Positions 12,901 to 24,900 of a stretch of 64,000 nucleotides of DNA are shown piece by piece. The position numbers and the translations under genes were made by a program. Each line of letters begins with the position of its first letter. Within the stretch, counting starts at the first letter, position 1. The notes below the pieces were generated by a model. The model saw only the letters and a list, made by a program, of their open reading frames with translations, did not search any database and was not told the origin of the DNA. The DNA lies in NCBI GenBank assembly GCA_047967505.1, contig CM106538.1. One strand, written 5' to 3'. The stretch is from Dipteris shenzhenensis. Its lineage: Eukaryota.

Positions 12901-15900
12901 TCCTGGAACCTCTCAGAATAGGCATCCCATGTCTCACAAGTGGAATGTGTGAGATCAAGGAGCTGATCGGTGATGGGTGCTCTTGGAGAACTTCAAGTAG
13001 TGTTGGGGGACGTTGGAGGCATGGAGATATGTGGGAGGGCATCAAGAAAGGTCTCAGTATCCATGTTTGAGCGGTTGTATGGGAGGCCCTAATCGAAGAT
13101 TTCGATATGGATTCACAATGCTCACAGAAGAGGTCTCTCTCGGGAAGTTTTCTTGGAGGTTGGTCCATCAACTAACTTTTGGTCACATGACTTTTGAACT
13201 ATTTGATAGTTGGCATGACCAAGGCGTTTATGCTACAAGGTCACCTCAGGTAACTGTGCGATGGCTACAACTGCTTGCAAGTTGGGCAAGCCGACTCCTA
13301 TGGTTTAGAGGTGATTTATTCGTGGGCAGTCAATGGAGAATTTCACATCATTCATTTGTATCTCCTTACCATTGTACAAACATATGCTAGCGATCTGTTA
13401 TCTCCCAAGAGGACCGGGATTGGATGAGAGAAGGATTCAAAACTGATAGACCATGGTTTTCTAGAAGTCATGTGCTGAGAAGCTCCAGTATCGAGATATC
13501 ATTTGTGGGGGAAAGGTTTGATGAGGGTGCTCATTCCCTAGGAGACCCTCCTCAGGCCCAGTTGGAAGTTTTTTATCACTGGTTTAGTGAGTAGTAGCTG
13601 TCTAGATATGAATGTACATTCTTCTTAATGATGAATGTACATTCTTCTTAATGCAAAGTTTCTTTTACCCAAAAAAAAGGAAGGTGCTTTATCTGTGTGT
13701 GTACACAAAAACTGAAGAGATGGGTTAGTGGTGGCACGATTAGCTTCAGAGAATGATGTCTTGGAAATCCTTTGGGTGGATTTCTTCCACTTCTGCTTGC
13801 CATGGTAATTATTACATTGTTCATGTCGTGGAGCCAGTGTTGGTGTAGGTAGCAAGGGCGGAATTGAGATGACTGTGTAGAGGATGAACCATTAGATGAA
13901 TTTTGATTTTTAAACTTCTGGAACCATCCATTCTTCCCTTGCTTAGCATTGATTAACAATGCTGAGGAGTTGCTCTGGTTGTGCTCTCCATTTTTGTTTA
14001 TGCATGGCATCTTCCTGCATTATTTTACCAATCAGAGATGGTAGGGTTAATTTTGCAAGGTTAGATTGTGTCGTCCACGAAGGGGGCGCCAATCTGGAGG
14101 AAGGGCCGTAAGTTACATCGTTACTTGCTGGAAAGGTTGGATATTGAGTCTTGCAGCATTATCGACATGGTCATAAGTGGATTTGAGTTTATCTCATATT
14201 GGATGTCTTTAATGAATGGGCCAACTCAATTTATCCCATGTCATTCTCGGCTTGCAATGTCCGTTTGCTCAAGAGTCGCTTGCCACTTATCAAGAAAATC
14301 AAAAACTGACTCATTTTCATGCAGCTGAAGGTTCACCATTATCAACATGGTCATTAAGTGGATTTGAGTTTATCCCATATTAATTTGGATGTCTATGGAT
14401 CAACTAAATTTGGGTGTCTACACGATGAAGGATTATGTCAGAGCGGGCTCTGAAATCCACAAGAACACACTCAATGCATGTTGGGAAAGGTGATGCCATG
14501 ATCTACCAAATTTCCATTGACATAGTCCCAGAGTTCAGATCGAATCAACAACATCTCCATTTTGATGACCCAGATGCAATCGCTCTTAATGTCCCCCAGC
14601 TTCTTAATCTTATAAATTTTCTTGCTTCATGATGCCATTATTGTGAAACTGCACAAGTTTCTCCTAGGACTGTTTCAAAATGAGTGCAAAAGCATGGTCC
14701 AAGGGTATGGTTATGATCTCTGTTCTAGACTCATTCCAATACGGAAGGAATATGGGGATATCTACCCAGAAATTTACTTCACGGGGATCTCTCATGTTTT
14801 GGGCATTTCAAATATACAACTGGGAAGGAGGGTTCCCCTTTGAGGCCTGAGCAGTTGTAGATGAAAGAGATCAGGCTGAAGGAGTGAATACAAACAGGCT
14901 CTGGTACTATATTGAGAATTAGAAGAAGAAGAGTTGGAGATAACATGCATGCATAGAGAGAAAGAGAAGAAATGCCTCTATTACAAAGCTTTGCCTTACA
15001 TGAGTAAGTGTACAAGAAAGTTATTCGGCCATTTATTTGTGCTAGACTTCTAGTATACACGCTCTTATGCGGATCTACCCTAATATAACTTAGGTAAGTG
15101 AAAATAACCATGTAGGAGTTAATTATTTCTAACAGGAGCCTTTGGTATCACATTGCCCGTGCAAACCCTCTTCTAGAGACGACTTTGGAGATCCTACCAA
15201 AAGAGACCAATTTCTTGTTCTTCTGGCTCTTCCAACATGGTGGACTCCTGGTCAACTACTGGAACCTTTGGAGCCAAGATGCCTTACAACCTTGAGTCCA
15301 TTCAGCATCTCATTTAGGGGTGCAGAGAGGACCACAGGATTTGACAGGGCATTGCACCATTGTTGGTAGGATGAGGAGAGGCACTAGATCACTTGGGCAT
15401 TGGTGGCCAAGTGCAATTAGTCAGGCCTGCAAATTTTCTATGAGGTAGCTGATTTGGGTAGGACCATTCTTATTGTCAAGGGAGCCGTCTGCTTATTAGC
15501 AATGCCTGTTTCCTCAAACAGACATTAGGCCCCTCCATACACTCGGCTTCAGGGAGCATTGCGAGCTCAGCACATGGGAAATTTAGAGATCCAGATGCAC
15601 ATCAGAAGTCCTTATTTTGTAAAGAAAAGAGTTATCCAAACATTAAATCTCTCTCACAGCCAAAAAGAAAAGTGGATCTTTCACAACAATTAGGTATCCA
15701 GCTAACAAGCAATGCAGTCATCGTTTGAAGGGCCATACCAAATCCTGGATGAATTCTTTTTAAAATGTAACTATTAAATTGAGTTTAACCAACAGCAGTC
15801 AAAACGAAAAGTAGATCTTTCTCAAGGCTGCATTCACAACAATTAGGTATCCAGCTGACAAGCAATGCAATCATCGTTTGAAGGGCCATACCAAATCCTG

Positions 15901-18900
15901 GATGAATTCTTTTTAAAATGTAAATATTCAATTGAGTTTAACCAACAGCAGTCTTCCCACGTCTCTTAGAGAGGCTTTAGTTGTCATATTAGGTAGGTGA
16001 AACCTAGAGTGACCTCTTTCACAGAGTCGGGCCTTTTGAAAGCTTCCATGCCAAGAAATTGCATGGTTCTGAAGAAAATTCGGAAACCACAAAATGAAGG
16101 GTTGATGGTTGTTACCAATTGGTACAACAATTCTTACAAAGTAGATCTTTCTCAAGGCTGCATTCACAACAATTAGGTATCCAGCTGACAAGCAATGCAA
16201 TCATCGTTTGAAGGGCCGTACCAAATCCTGGATGAATTCTTTTTAAAATGTAAATATTCAATTGAGTTTAACCAACAGCAGTCTTCCCACGTCTCTTATA
16301 GAGGCTCTAGTTGTCATACTAGGTAGGTGAAACCTAGAGTGTCCTCTTTCACAGAGTCGAGCATTTTGAAAGCTTCCATGCCAAGAAATTGCATGGTTCT
16401 GAAGAAAATTTGGAAACCACAAAATGAAGGGTTGACGGTTGTTACCAATTGGTCCAACAATTCTTACAAAGAGGCATTGAGGCTGGGTCAGATAATAATT
16501 GAATTTCACTTGTGTTCTTTTCGTTTCCATGTGCAAAGATGTTGGTTAGACGTCTCCTTTGCAAGTAATGGTAGCCCAAAGGCTAGGGTTTAGTCCCTCG
16601 TGTAAAACTTGACTTCAATAAATGTTAAATATCAGGCACCAGAACGCTCCTGTGAGCCCCCCTCCCTCCCTCCCGCAACCTCTACCTCCCTACCCTCCTT
16701 CGCCTCTCTCCCTCGCCCTCGCCCTCGCCCCCCTCGCTCTCGCCTACCCCCCTCGCCCTCGCCGCACCCCCCCGCCTCAGCCCGCCTCCACGCCCTCACC
16801 CCCTAGCCCCTCCGCCCCTCGACCCTCGCCTCACCTCTCGCCTCGCCCCTCGCCTTACCCCCCCGCCCCTCGTCTCGCCCCTCGCCGCGCCCTCCGCCCG
16901 CCCCCTGCCTCGCCCCTCCGCCTCACCTCGCCCCTCGCTACGCCCCCGCCCCCTCGCCTCGCTCTCCGCCCGCCCGACCGTCCGCCCGCCCGCCCGCCCC
17001 TCGCCCCTCCGCCCTTCCGCCCCGCCCCCTCGCCCCACCCCGCCCTCCACCCTCGCCCTTCACCCCCCTCCGCCCCTCCGACCTCCGCCCCCGCCCCTCG
17101 CCCTCGCCCCTCCCCCTCCGCCCCCCGCCCTCGCTTCCACCGCCTTCCCTCCCCCTCGCCTTCGACCTCCGCCTCCGTCCTCCCTTTCGCCTTCCGCCTC
17201 CGCCCTCGCCTTCGCCTCCGCTTCCCCCCGCCCCTCCGACCTCCGCCCCCGCCCCTCCCCCTCCGCCCCCCGCCCTCGCTTCCACCACCTTCCCTCCCCC
17301 TCGCCTCCGTCCTCCCTTTCGCCTTCCGCCTCCGCCCTCGCCTTCGCCTCCGCTTCCCCCACCCGCCTCGCTTCGTTTCGTCTCGCCTCACCCTTCTTCG
17401 TCACACCCAGGCTCCACCCCTCGTCTATCTCCCCCCCTTTTTTGGTGGAAGCCTCTTCTTCATCGGAGGTCTCGCAGTTTGTCTTGGCGGTATGGCGACT
17501 CCCTGCTCGGAACCGGAGGCCCAGCCGGACCCTCCCTCTCCAGATGCCTACCGCGTTATCTTGACAGAGCAACAGTCGTCTCGGGTACAAGAGGTTGCCA
17601 ATGACTTTGCCCTTACTTCCGTCTATGGCAGAGTCATTGGACACTCTCCCTCCAGATCAGCCATCAGGGACTGGCTCCAGTCCACTCTCATGCTAGAGAA
17701 CAGCCACATCGAGGAGGTGGCCCTTATGGGAAGGGGCATCTTCTGGCTTAAACTCTCCACTGCGAAAGCTGCGAGCAACCTGATTGCTGGTTCCCCCACA
17801 TCTGTGGATGGAAAGATCATCATGATAGTCCCTTGGTACCGTGGATTCAGCGCAACGGATTTTGATGCTCGTTTCCGCATACCTCGCCACCCAGTGACGC
17901 TAGTTTTTCCAGGTCTTGCTATTGAGTTGCGGCCGATAGTCAGGGACCTGGGCTCCCACTTTGGCTGGGTAATGCATGACACTTTCATCGACGCGGTTAC
18001 TGCGGCAGGAGCCCCCCGAGTCCGTGTGGCTGTGGCAAACCCTGCGACTCTCCCTGCAGTGATTGAGATTGTGACAGACGCTGGCAGCATTACCCAGAGC
18101 ATGGTAGTCACAGGACAGCCTGAGGTGTCACGGCTTTGGGCTCCTCTCGGCCCCCCAAGCCCCCCCCCCTCCGCCCCCTCCCCCCCCCTCCGTGCAGCCA
18201 CATCAGGAGGAGTAGAGGCAGCCGGAGTCCGGTCCAGAGATGCCTGGTGGCTGGACCGAGGTCAGAAGGAAAAGAGGAAAGAATAAGAAGATTTCTGAAA
18301 AAGGCAAGGAGGCAGAGGTTACCCAACCTGCAGCAGCGCCTCAGAGACCTGACAGGCAGCCGCCCTAGGGTCCTGGGAGAGCAGCTTCTTCGACTGTAGC
18401 CCGCCCTCCGCAGCCTCAGGTCCCCCTCTCTTCCGCTCCCCAGCCCCCTTCCACTCAGCCTAGCCCCTTCCCCAGTTGCACCCCCCTCTTCCCGACTCGC
18501 AGCATCAGCCCCCGCCTCTTCCTCTTCAGCCCCCTCCTCTTCCTACTCAGCCCCAGTCCCAGTTTCAGCCCCATCCCTCTCCCCCCGCCCCTCTCAGCTC
18601 TCCTGCCGTGTCAGCTGCACCGATGATTTCTCAGCCGCGGGCAGCCCCCACTCCCCCTCCTCCGCCCCCCCCGCTAGTCGCTTCCATGGAGTCTGAGTTG
18701 CCTACCCCTCAGCCTCCTCCCCCTTCCCCACCCCAGGGAGGACACCCCGAGTCTACACCACCCTTGGAGCAGTCTTCCCTATCTGCTAGCCCGACCCCCT
18801 CAGTTGCAGACTCTGGCGGGCCTCAGCTTCAGGAGAGAGAGCTTTCTCGCGACTTCTATAGATCTGGCCCCTGGGACTACTTGGATGTGGCCGACCTTGG

Positions 18901-21900
18901 GACCTTCCCTGCTTGTCTCGACATCAGTATCTTCCTGCTCCGTAAAGGGGCGAATGGGAAGATCGCAGCCTTGGCCCCGAGGGATGGCCCTAGCTTTGCT
19001 TTCACATTTCTCAGCGACGGTACCGAGACTTGGACAGACGACTCCGTCTGGGAGGCTCTCAGAGAGCAGACGCACGCTCAGGTTTGCTCCTGGATAGGCC
19101 CGTCGGGTGGACAGCTTCTCGAGACTCAGTGGTCCGAGGGTGACGTGCGCCTGCGGTGGCATTGCGCCGCCAAGCGCTTCAGATTGATTGTGATCCTCAG
19201 GCCCCCTCTGTCGTGGCCCCTTCCCCAGGATGTCAGAGCCTGGACTCCTCAGAAACTCCGAGCCTTCTACGGGATGACTACCTCAGAGATCTCGAGTTGG
19301 CTCGAGAAAGCGTTTGTCCATGGGACTAAAGGCCTCATGCCTTTGCTAAAGGTTTTGAAGAATGGGCAGGACGACCCCGCCTCCCCCTCCAAACCCTCTC
19401 AAAAGCGTCAGCGCCTCCATTCCGAAATGTCAGCTTCTTCATTGACATCAGCCGCGAGCAGACAGTTGTTCGCAGCCTAGCAGTCCTCACCATGAGCTTA
19501 CACCTTGTCTCCTGGAACGTGAACGGGTTCCAATTTTTTGGCACCCGTGGTCCTAGGAAGCTCATCTTGAGACAGGAACTTCAGCCAGCAGTGATTGGTC
19601 GCTTCGATATACTTCTGCTCCAGGAGCATAAGCTTTCAGTGGCTCATTCTCGTAGATGCGGGAAGATCCTCCCTGGACGCTCTCACACTTATTGGGAGCC
19701 CTCGATTGGTGCACAGGGTAGGAGTGGCGGTGTCTGTACTTCCGTGTGCGCGTTGTTTGCCCAAGGAGTTTTTGGTCATGGTACGTTGATTCCAGGCCGT
19801 GCACTTTGGGTTGGCCTAGAGTTGGAGGGTTCCAAAATAGGAATCCTCAACATCTATGCTCCCACAGACCTCCGATGCAGAGCCACTTTCTGGAGGACAC
19901 TCACAGGGATTCTCCCAGACATGGATTCCTGGATTGTTGGAGGTGACTTCAACAATCTGGAGACTTTGGAGGACCAGTAGGACAGAGGACCAGAGTTTAC
20001 AGGTATGGCTCAGGCAGAGTAGTCCGCTTGGGACTCCTTTATCTTCGCAACAGGAGGTAGGGACAGCTGGAGAGACCCGTCCTTCCGCCGTTGGCACGGG
20101 AGCTTGGACTTCTCGTGGGGCTTCCGCAGGGAAGGAGGCATACTCCTGGAGAGACTGGATAGATTTTATGTCAGTGATTGGGCCATCAGCAGAGGTGGTC
20201 AGGCGGGTATAGTGCCAGGGACGACACTCTCCGACCACGCGCCTGTGCTCTTATCATTAGACGCGGCAGCTTAGTCCCTTCCTCCCCGTTCGTGCCGGAT
20301 TCCTGATTCCATCTTCTGGAGGGAGGAGGTGCGCAGTACTATCGGTAGCCTCTGGGACAGAGATTGGGGCGAGTGCGTGGATCTGGTAGATTCGGTGGCG
20401 CAGGCTTTGTAGGAGTCCAGCCAGATTTGCCAACTCGCAGCCCTTCAGGTTCGCCAGGAGTGGTGGGGCAGAGAGAGAGCTCTTCGTAGGGACCTCGCCT
20501 CCATTCAACGACTCCAGCAGGCAGCCCCGGGCTCAGAGGAGCTTCGGATCCAGGCCCTTCGAGCCAGAGCCCTTCTTGAGGAGACTCTCCAGCACCGCTC
20601 AGAGTTTTCCTATCACGCCTCCCTCTCATACTGGGCTCGGAAGGGCGACCGGATGAGCAGGGAGTTCTTCAGGATGCATGGCCAGAGAGCAGCAGGTGAT
20701 CAGCTCCGGAGTCTTAGGACAGCGGAGGGGCACATCGTTACTGATCCGGGTGAGGTCTTGGGGTTGGCTACCGCCGACTTCTACAGGACTCTTTTCCAGC
20801 AGGAGCACCTTGCCCCTCGTACTCGACGTGCCCGCGAGGAGGTGTGGAGGCACATTCGAGCCCTTGTTCAGTCCAGCATGCAGGCGACGTTGATGGCACC
20901 ATTCACTACTGACGAGATGCTGGAGGCCTTGATGGCCATCGATGGGCAGAAATGCCTTGGCGAGGATGGGCTCTCTCACGCTTTCTTCACCTCCTTCTGG
21001 GATCAGATCCATCAGCCCCTCCTAGCAGCCCTTCAGAGGATTTTCAGCAGCGGATATATGCCAGAGAGCCTCTCCTCGGGACTAATTTGCCTCATCCCGA
21101 AGGGAGGAGATCGACAGGAGATCCGTCAGTGGCGCCCGATCACTCTTCTCACCACTGCCTACAAAATCCTAGCCAAGATGATCAGCGCCAGAGTTCGGCC
21201 TCTACTTCCTGACCTCATTCATGACACTCAGACAGGCTTTGTCCAGGATCGCAGTATCCTGGATAATGTCTTCACCTTCTCAGAGGTGACGGAGTGGGCT
21301 CAGCACAGTGGGTCACACTTAACCATCCTACTTCTCGACTTTGAGAAGGCCTACGATCGAGTGGACTGGTCCTTCCTGGAGGGTACTCTGGAGAGACTAG
21401 GATTCCCAGTAGGATGGATTCAGGGTATTTCAGCGTTATACAGGACAGCTTCCAACAGGGTCATCATCGGCGGCAGGATGGGAGAGCGATTTCGTTTGGA
21501 GAGATCAGTGCGTCAGGGTTGCCCCCTCGCTCCTTACTTGTTTCTCTTCTTCGCCGAGGCCATGACATACTACCTTCGGGCGAGGTCGACCGGACCGGGG
21601 TGTTCGCCTTTCCATCAGGGAGGACATGGAGCTCCTGGACTTGGAGTATGCAGATGACACAGCGCTGTACGTTTAGGATGATGAGATGATGCTGGAGAGG
21701 GTGAGGCTGGCCTTAGAGGTCTTTTGTTCGGCAGCCGGTGCGAAAATCAACTGGCACAAATCAGTTGGTTTTCTCACAAACCCAGGGGCGTGCTCACAGT
21801 GGGGGAGGTTTTTGGGTTTCAGATGGATCCCGCGGGGACAGACAGCTAGATATCTCGGCTTTCAGGTCGGCCTGGACATCACGCCAGCTCAGCAGTTTCT

Positions 21901-24900
21901 CCCGGTGCTAGATTCTATTCGACGGAAGCTGGCTTTCTGGAGCACTGCTAAGCTCTCTCTTGCAGGACGTGCTCTTGTAGTCAACCAGGTTCTCCTGGCC
22001 ACGGCATGGTATGTGGCCTCTTGTTGGTGTTTCTTGAGATCCAGCGTGGCACAGCTCAGGAGGTTGGTCCGGAATTTCCTGTGGTCTGGGGGGGATGGTC
22101 TCAGAGATACCAGAGCCAGGGTAGCTTGGCAGACAGTCATTCTTCCGCAGGCTGAGGGTGGCTTGGGGGTCATCGATCCTGAGCTTCAGAGTCAGGCCCT
22201 GCTGAGCAAGCTGGTTATCCGCGGTTTGACCCTGGGGGGGCAAACGTGGAAGATGTTACTTCAGCAGGGGATCGGTTCTTGCATCCCGCGCCGAGGTGGA
22301 GAGTGGCTACCGTCCCTCAGGTGGATCTTCACTTCTGCACCGCTCACTCACCCCCGCTCCCCGCTCATTCGTAGCCTTCTCATGGTTTGGAGGCGGCTCC
22401 GCCTCAGTCTCACACAGTCCCCTCTTAGCTGTCAGGAGGAGATCGACCGCCAGTCGCTCATCTGGAACGATCAGGTCAGAGATGCCTTGGGCCTTCAGCT
22501 GGGGGAGAGATCAGTGGGACGGTTGGATGCGGGGGCCAGCCTGGTCCCTTCGAGTTTGGAGGGACACGTACAGACACTTGGAGACCGTTGCTCTAGCAGC
22601 CGCAGCTGGAGGTGCCCGTGGAGCTCAGGCGAGACGCACAGAGATAGACGGAGCGATTCCAGCCGGTTGGTTGGTTCCACCCGAGATTCAGATCCTCATG
22701 CCTGGTGATGACCGTTGGCTGGGACAGTTCACCCCCCATGGCATCCCACTGGTGGTTGCAGGCCGGATGGACGACACCTCTGTCTCCTTCGCGGTTTTGG
22801 GGGACGGCCGACTCAGGAGAGAGAATGTGGTCATCGACCCCCTCCTCCCGTGGCAGAGGGTTCGAGTCGTAGGCCTTGCGGGGAAGGTTTGACAGACCGA
22901 TCCTAGTATAGAGCAGGATCAGCTGCAGTTATGGCGACTCTGGCTCTGGGAGGGGCGGGCCTTGTCAGAGCTTGATTGGGACCCAGGTGAGTGGAGATGG
23001 CCAGAGGTTGTGACAGGCCAGGGGCCGACCTCTTTCTTCGCTTACAGCACGACATTGGGCAGGAGAGTTTTCGGGAGGATGCAGAGCCGCCCGCCCACCC
23101 AGCGGCCGAGTTGGTATGCTCAGGGTATCTCCAGGCTATTATTGCAGGCCTTCTGGAAGGCCTTGTGGGAGAGCTGGCAGCCGTGGAAGATCTCCTACTT
23201 CCTTTGGCTACTCGCCCACAAGGGTCCTCCAGTGGGGAGCTGGTTGAGGCAGGTGGGTCAGGATGGACGTTGTTAGATCTGTCATGAGGATGAGGAGTCT
23301 CCAAAACACTGCTTGTGGAGCTGCACTCGCGCCCAGGAAGTGTGGAGGTGGACCTTCGGGATCCTTACTCGCGCAGCACCGGAGCTAGGTTTGATCACTT
23401 GGGGCGCGTTCTGCTGGTGCAGCACCGCACTTGGCTTTCATCAGTTGTTCGAGGCAGGCCCGCAGGACCCCACATTCCTTATCACACAGGGGACTTGGGG
23501 GCCGCTCGAGGGCATTTCGCCGCACGTGGCAGAGGCTAACATAGGATCTCAGGAGAGGCAGCCAGTCTGGGAGATTATTAGCAGCATCGTTGGATGGCAC
23601 ATTTGGACCTCGCGCTGCGCACAGATCCTCGGTGGCACCTCTCTTTCGACTGCCTAGGTCATGGCCGACATCTGGAGTGAGATTATACACACACTCAGAG
23701 GTCAGTGGGACCAGATACAGGGAGATTCCCGGGCTGGCCGGGAGAAGCGGCGACGTTTCCTCCGTGATTGGGATACGCAGGGCCTCTTCTTCGAGCATAC
23801 TTCGTAGGGCCTCTTCTTCGAGCATACTTCGCAGGGCCTTCAGTGGCGCTATTCACCACCTCTCTGGCTGTTCATTCACACTTGCCTGATCCCTCCGTGA
23901 GAGGGAGCTTTATATTTTTGTTTCCTTTTAGGGCTGCGTCTGATTTGTGAACGCAGCCCCGTCAGATGCAAAGCTGACCTCATGTATCTTGTTTTCGAAG
24001 TAATATAATCAGCACTGTTTTTTCGGCAAAAAAAAAAAAAAAATCAGGCACCCATGGTGTCTATGTTTTCTTGTCAGATTGAATTCGCATCTAGTCAGGA
24101 ATCTAATTGAATTTTTTCGTTGGAATTTCCAGGTTGGTGTGATGCTTTCTGGCATGGGTTCTCAATCAGCAGACGTCTTTGCTATGGTATGCCTATCCAC
24201 AAGAATGCAGATATTAACATAAGAATATGGAAGCGTTTAGGTTAACCCTTATGAAGTAGTTGTAAAATTCAAGATGGAGACATTTGGTTGATCCGTCACA
24301 TGAGTCCACAGTCTGGTTTTGGAAGCAGCAAAGCTGAAATTTGAGAAATGTGATCATAATTATACTTACATAAGGTATAAGATATAAGAATATGGAAGCG
24401 TTAAGCTTGACCCTTATGAAGTAGTTGTAAAATTCAAGACGGAGGCATTTGGTTGATACATCACATGAGTCCACAGTCTGGTTTTGGAAGTAGCAAAGCT
24501 GAAATTTGAGAAATGTGATCATAATTATACTTACATAAGGTATAAGATATAGAAGGAGATGAAAACAATTATTTTCTAGTAGTATGCAGACATGTATTCT
24601 CTGATTTTGTCTCCTTCCTTCCCACACTTGCACGTGTGATTGTGTCCTATAGACTTCTATTTTTGTTGTCTTATATAATCAAATCTGTTTCATTTATCCA
24701 TCCTGATGCCTTTCTATTAATTATTCACCTTTGCCCTTGCATTTTATCTGTTTTCCTTTGCTGGTGCAGTTATGGAACATTTGTTTTTGGCTCATTTCGC
24801 TGGTCTCATATTCCCTTTTGTCTTCCTCTCCTACATTGTGAAGTTTGTACATCTTTGCATGCTTTTCCATTAGTCCCTGCATGCAGGGACATTACCTTCT

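Larger units (their letters stand above)
16641..24042 (+). mobile_element. Full-length (7402 bp) L1-clade LINE in the DnaJ-Fer intron, inactivated by stops and frameshifts
   Basis: TSD ATCAGGCACC at 16631-16640 and 24043-24052; poly-A 24028-24042; C-rich 5' UTR; ORF1 from ATG 17492 (DUF4283/RRM-like); ORF2 from 19492 with APE endonuclease (SWNVNG, LLQEH, NIYAP, GGDFN, RLDRFY, SDH), RT ([32 protein letters not shown] ~21645) and C-terminal zinc finger C*IC...[10 protein letters not shown]. Confidence 0.95.

Noticed and set aside
16622-17644. Long Pro-rich (+) and Gly/Arg-rich (-) ORFs resembling extensin or GRP genes
   Set aside because: They arise from the low-complexity C-rich L1 5' UTR inside the TSD-bounded element; the real ORF1 starts at about 17492.
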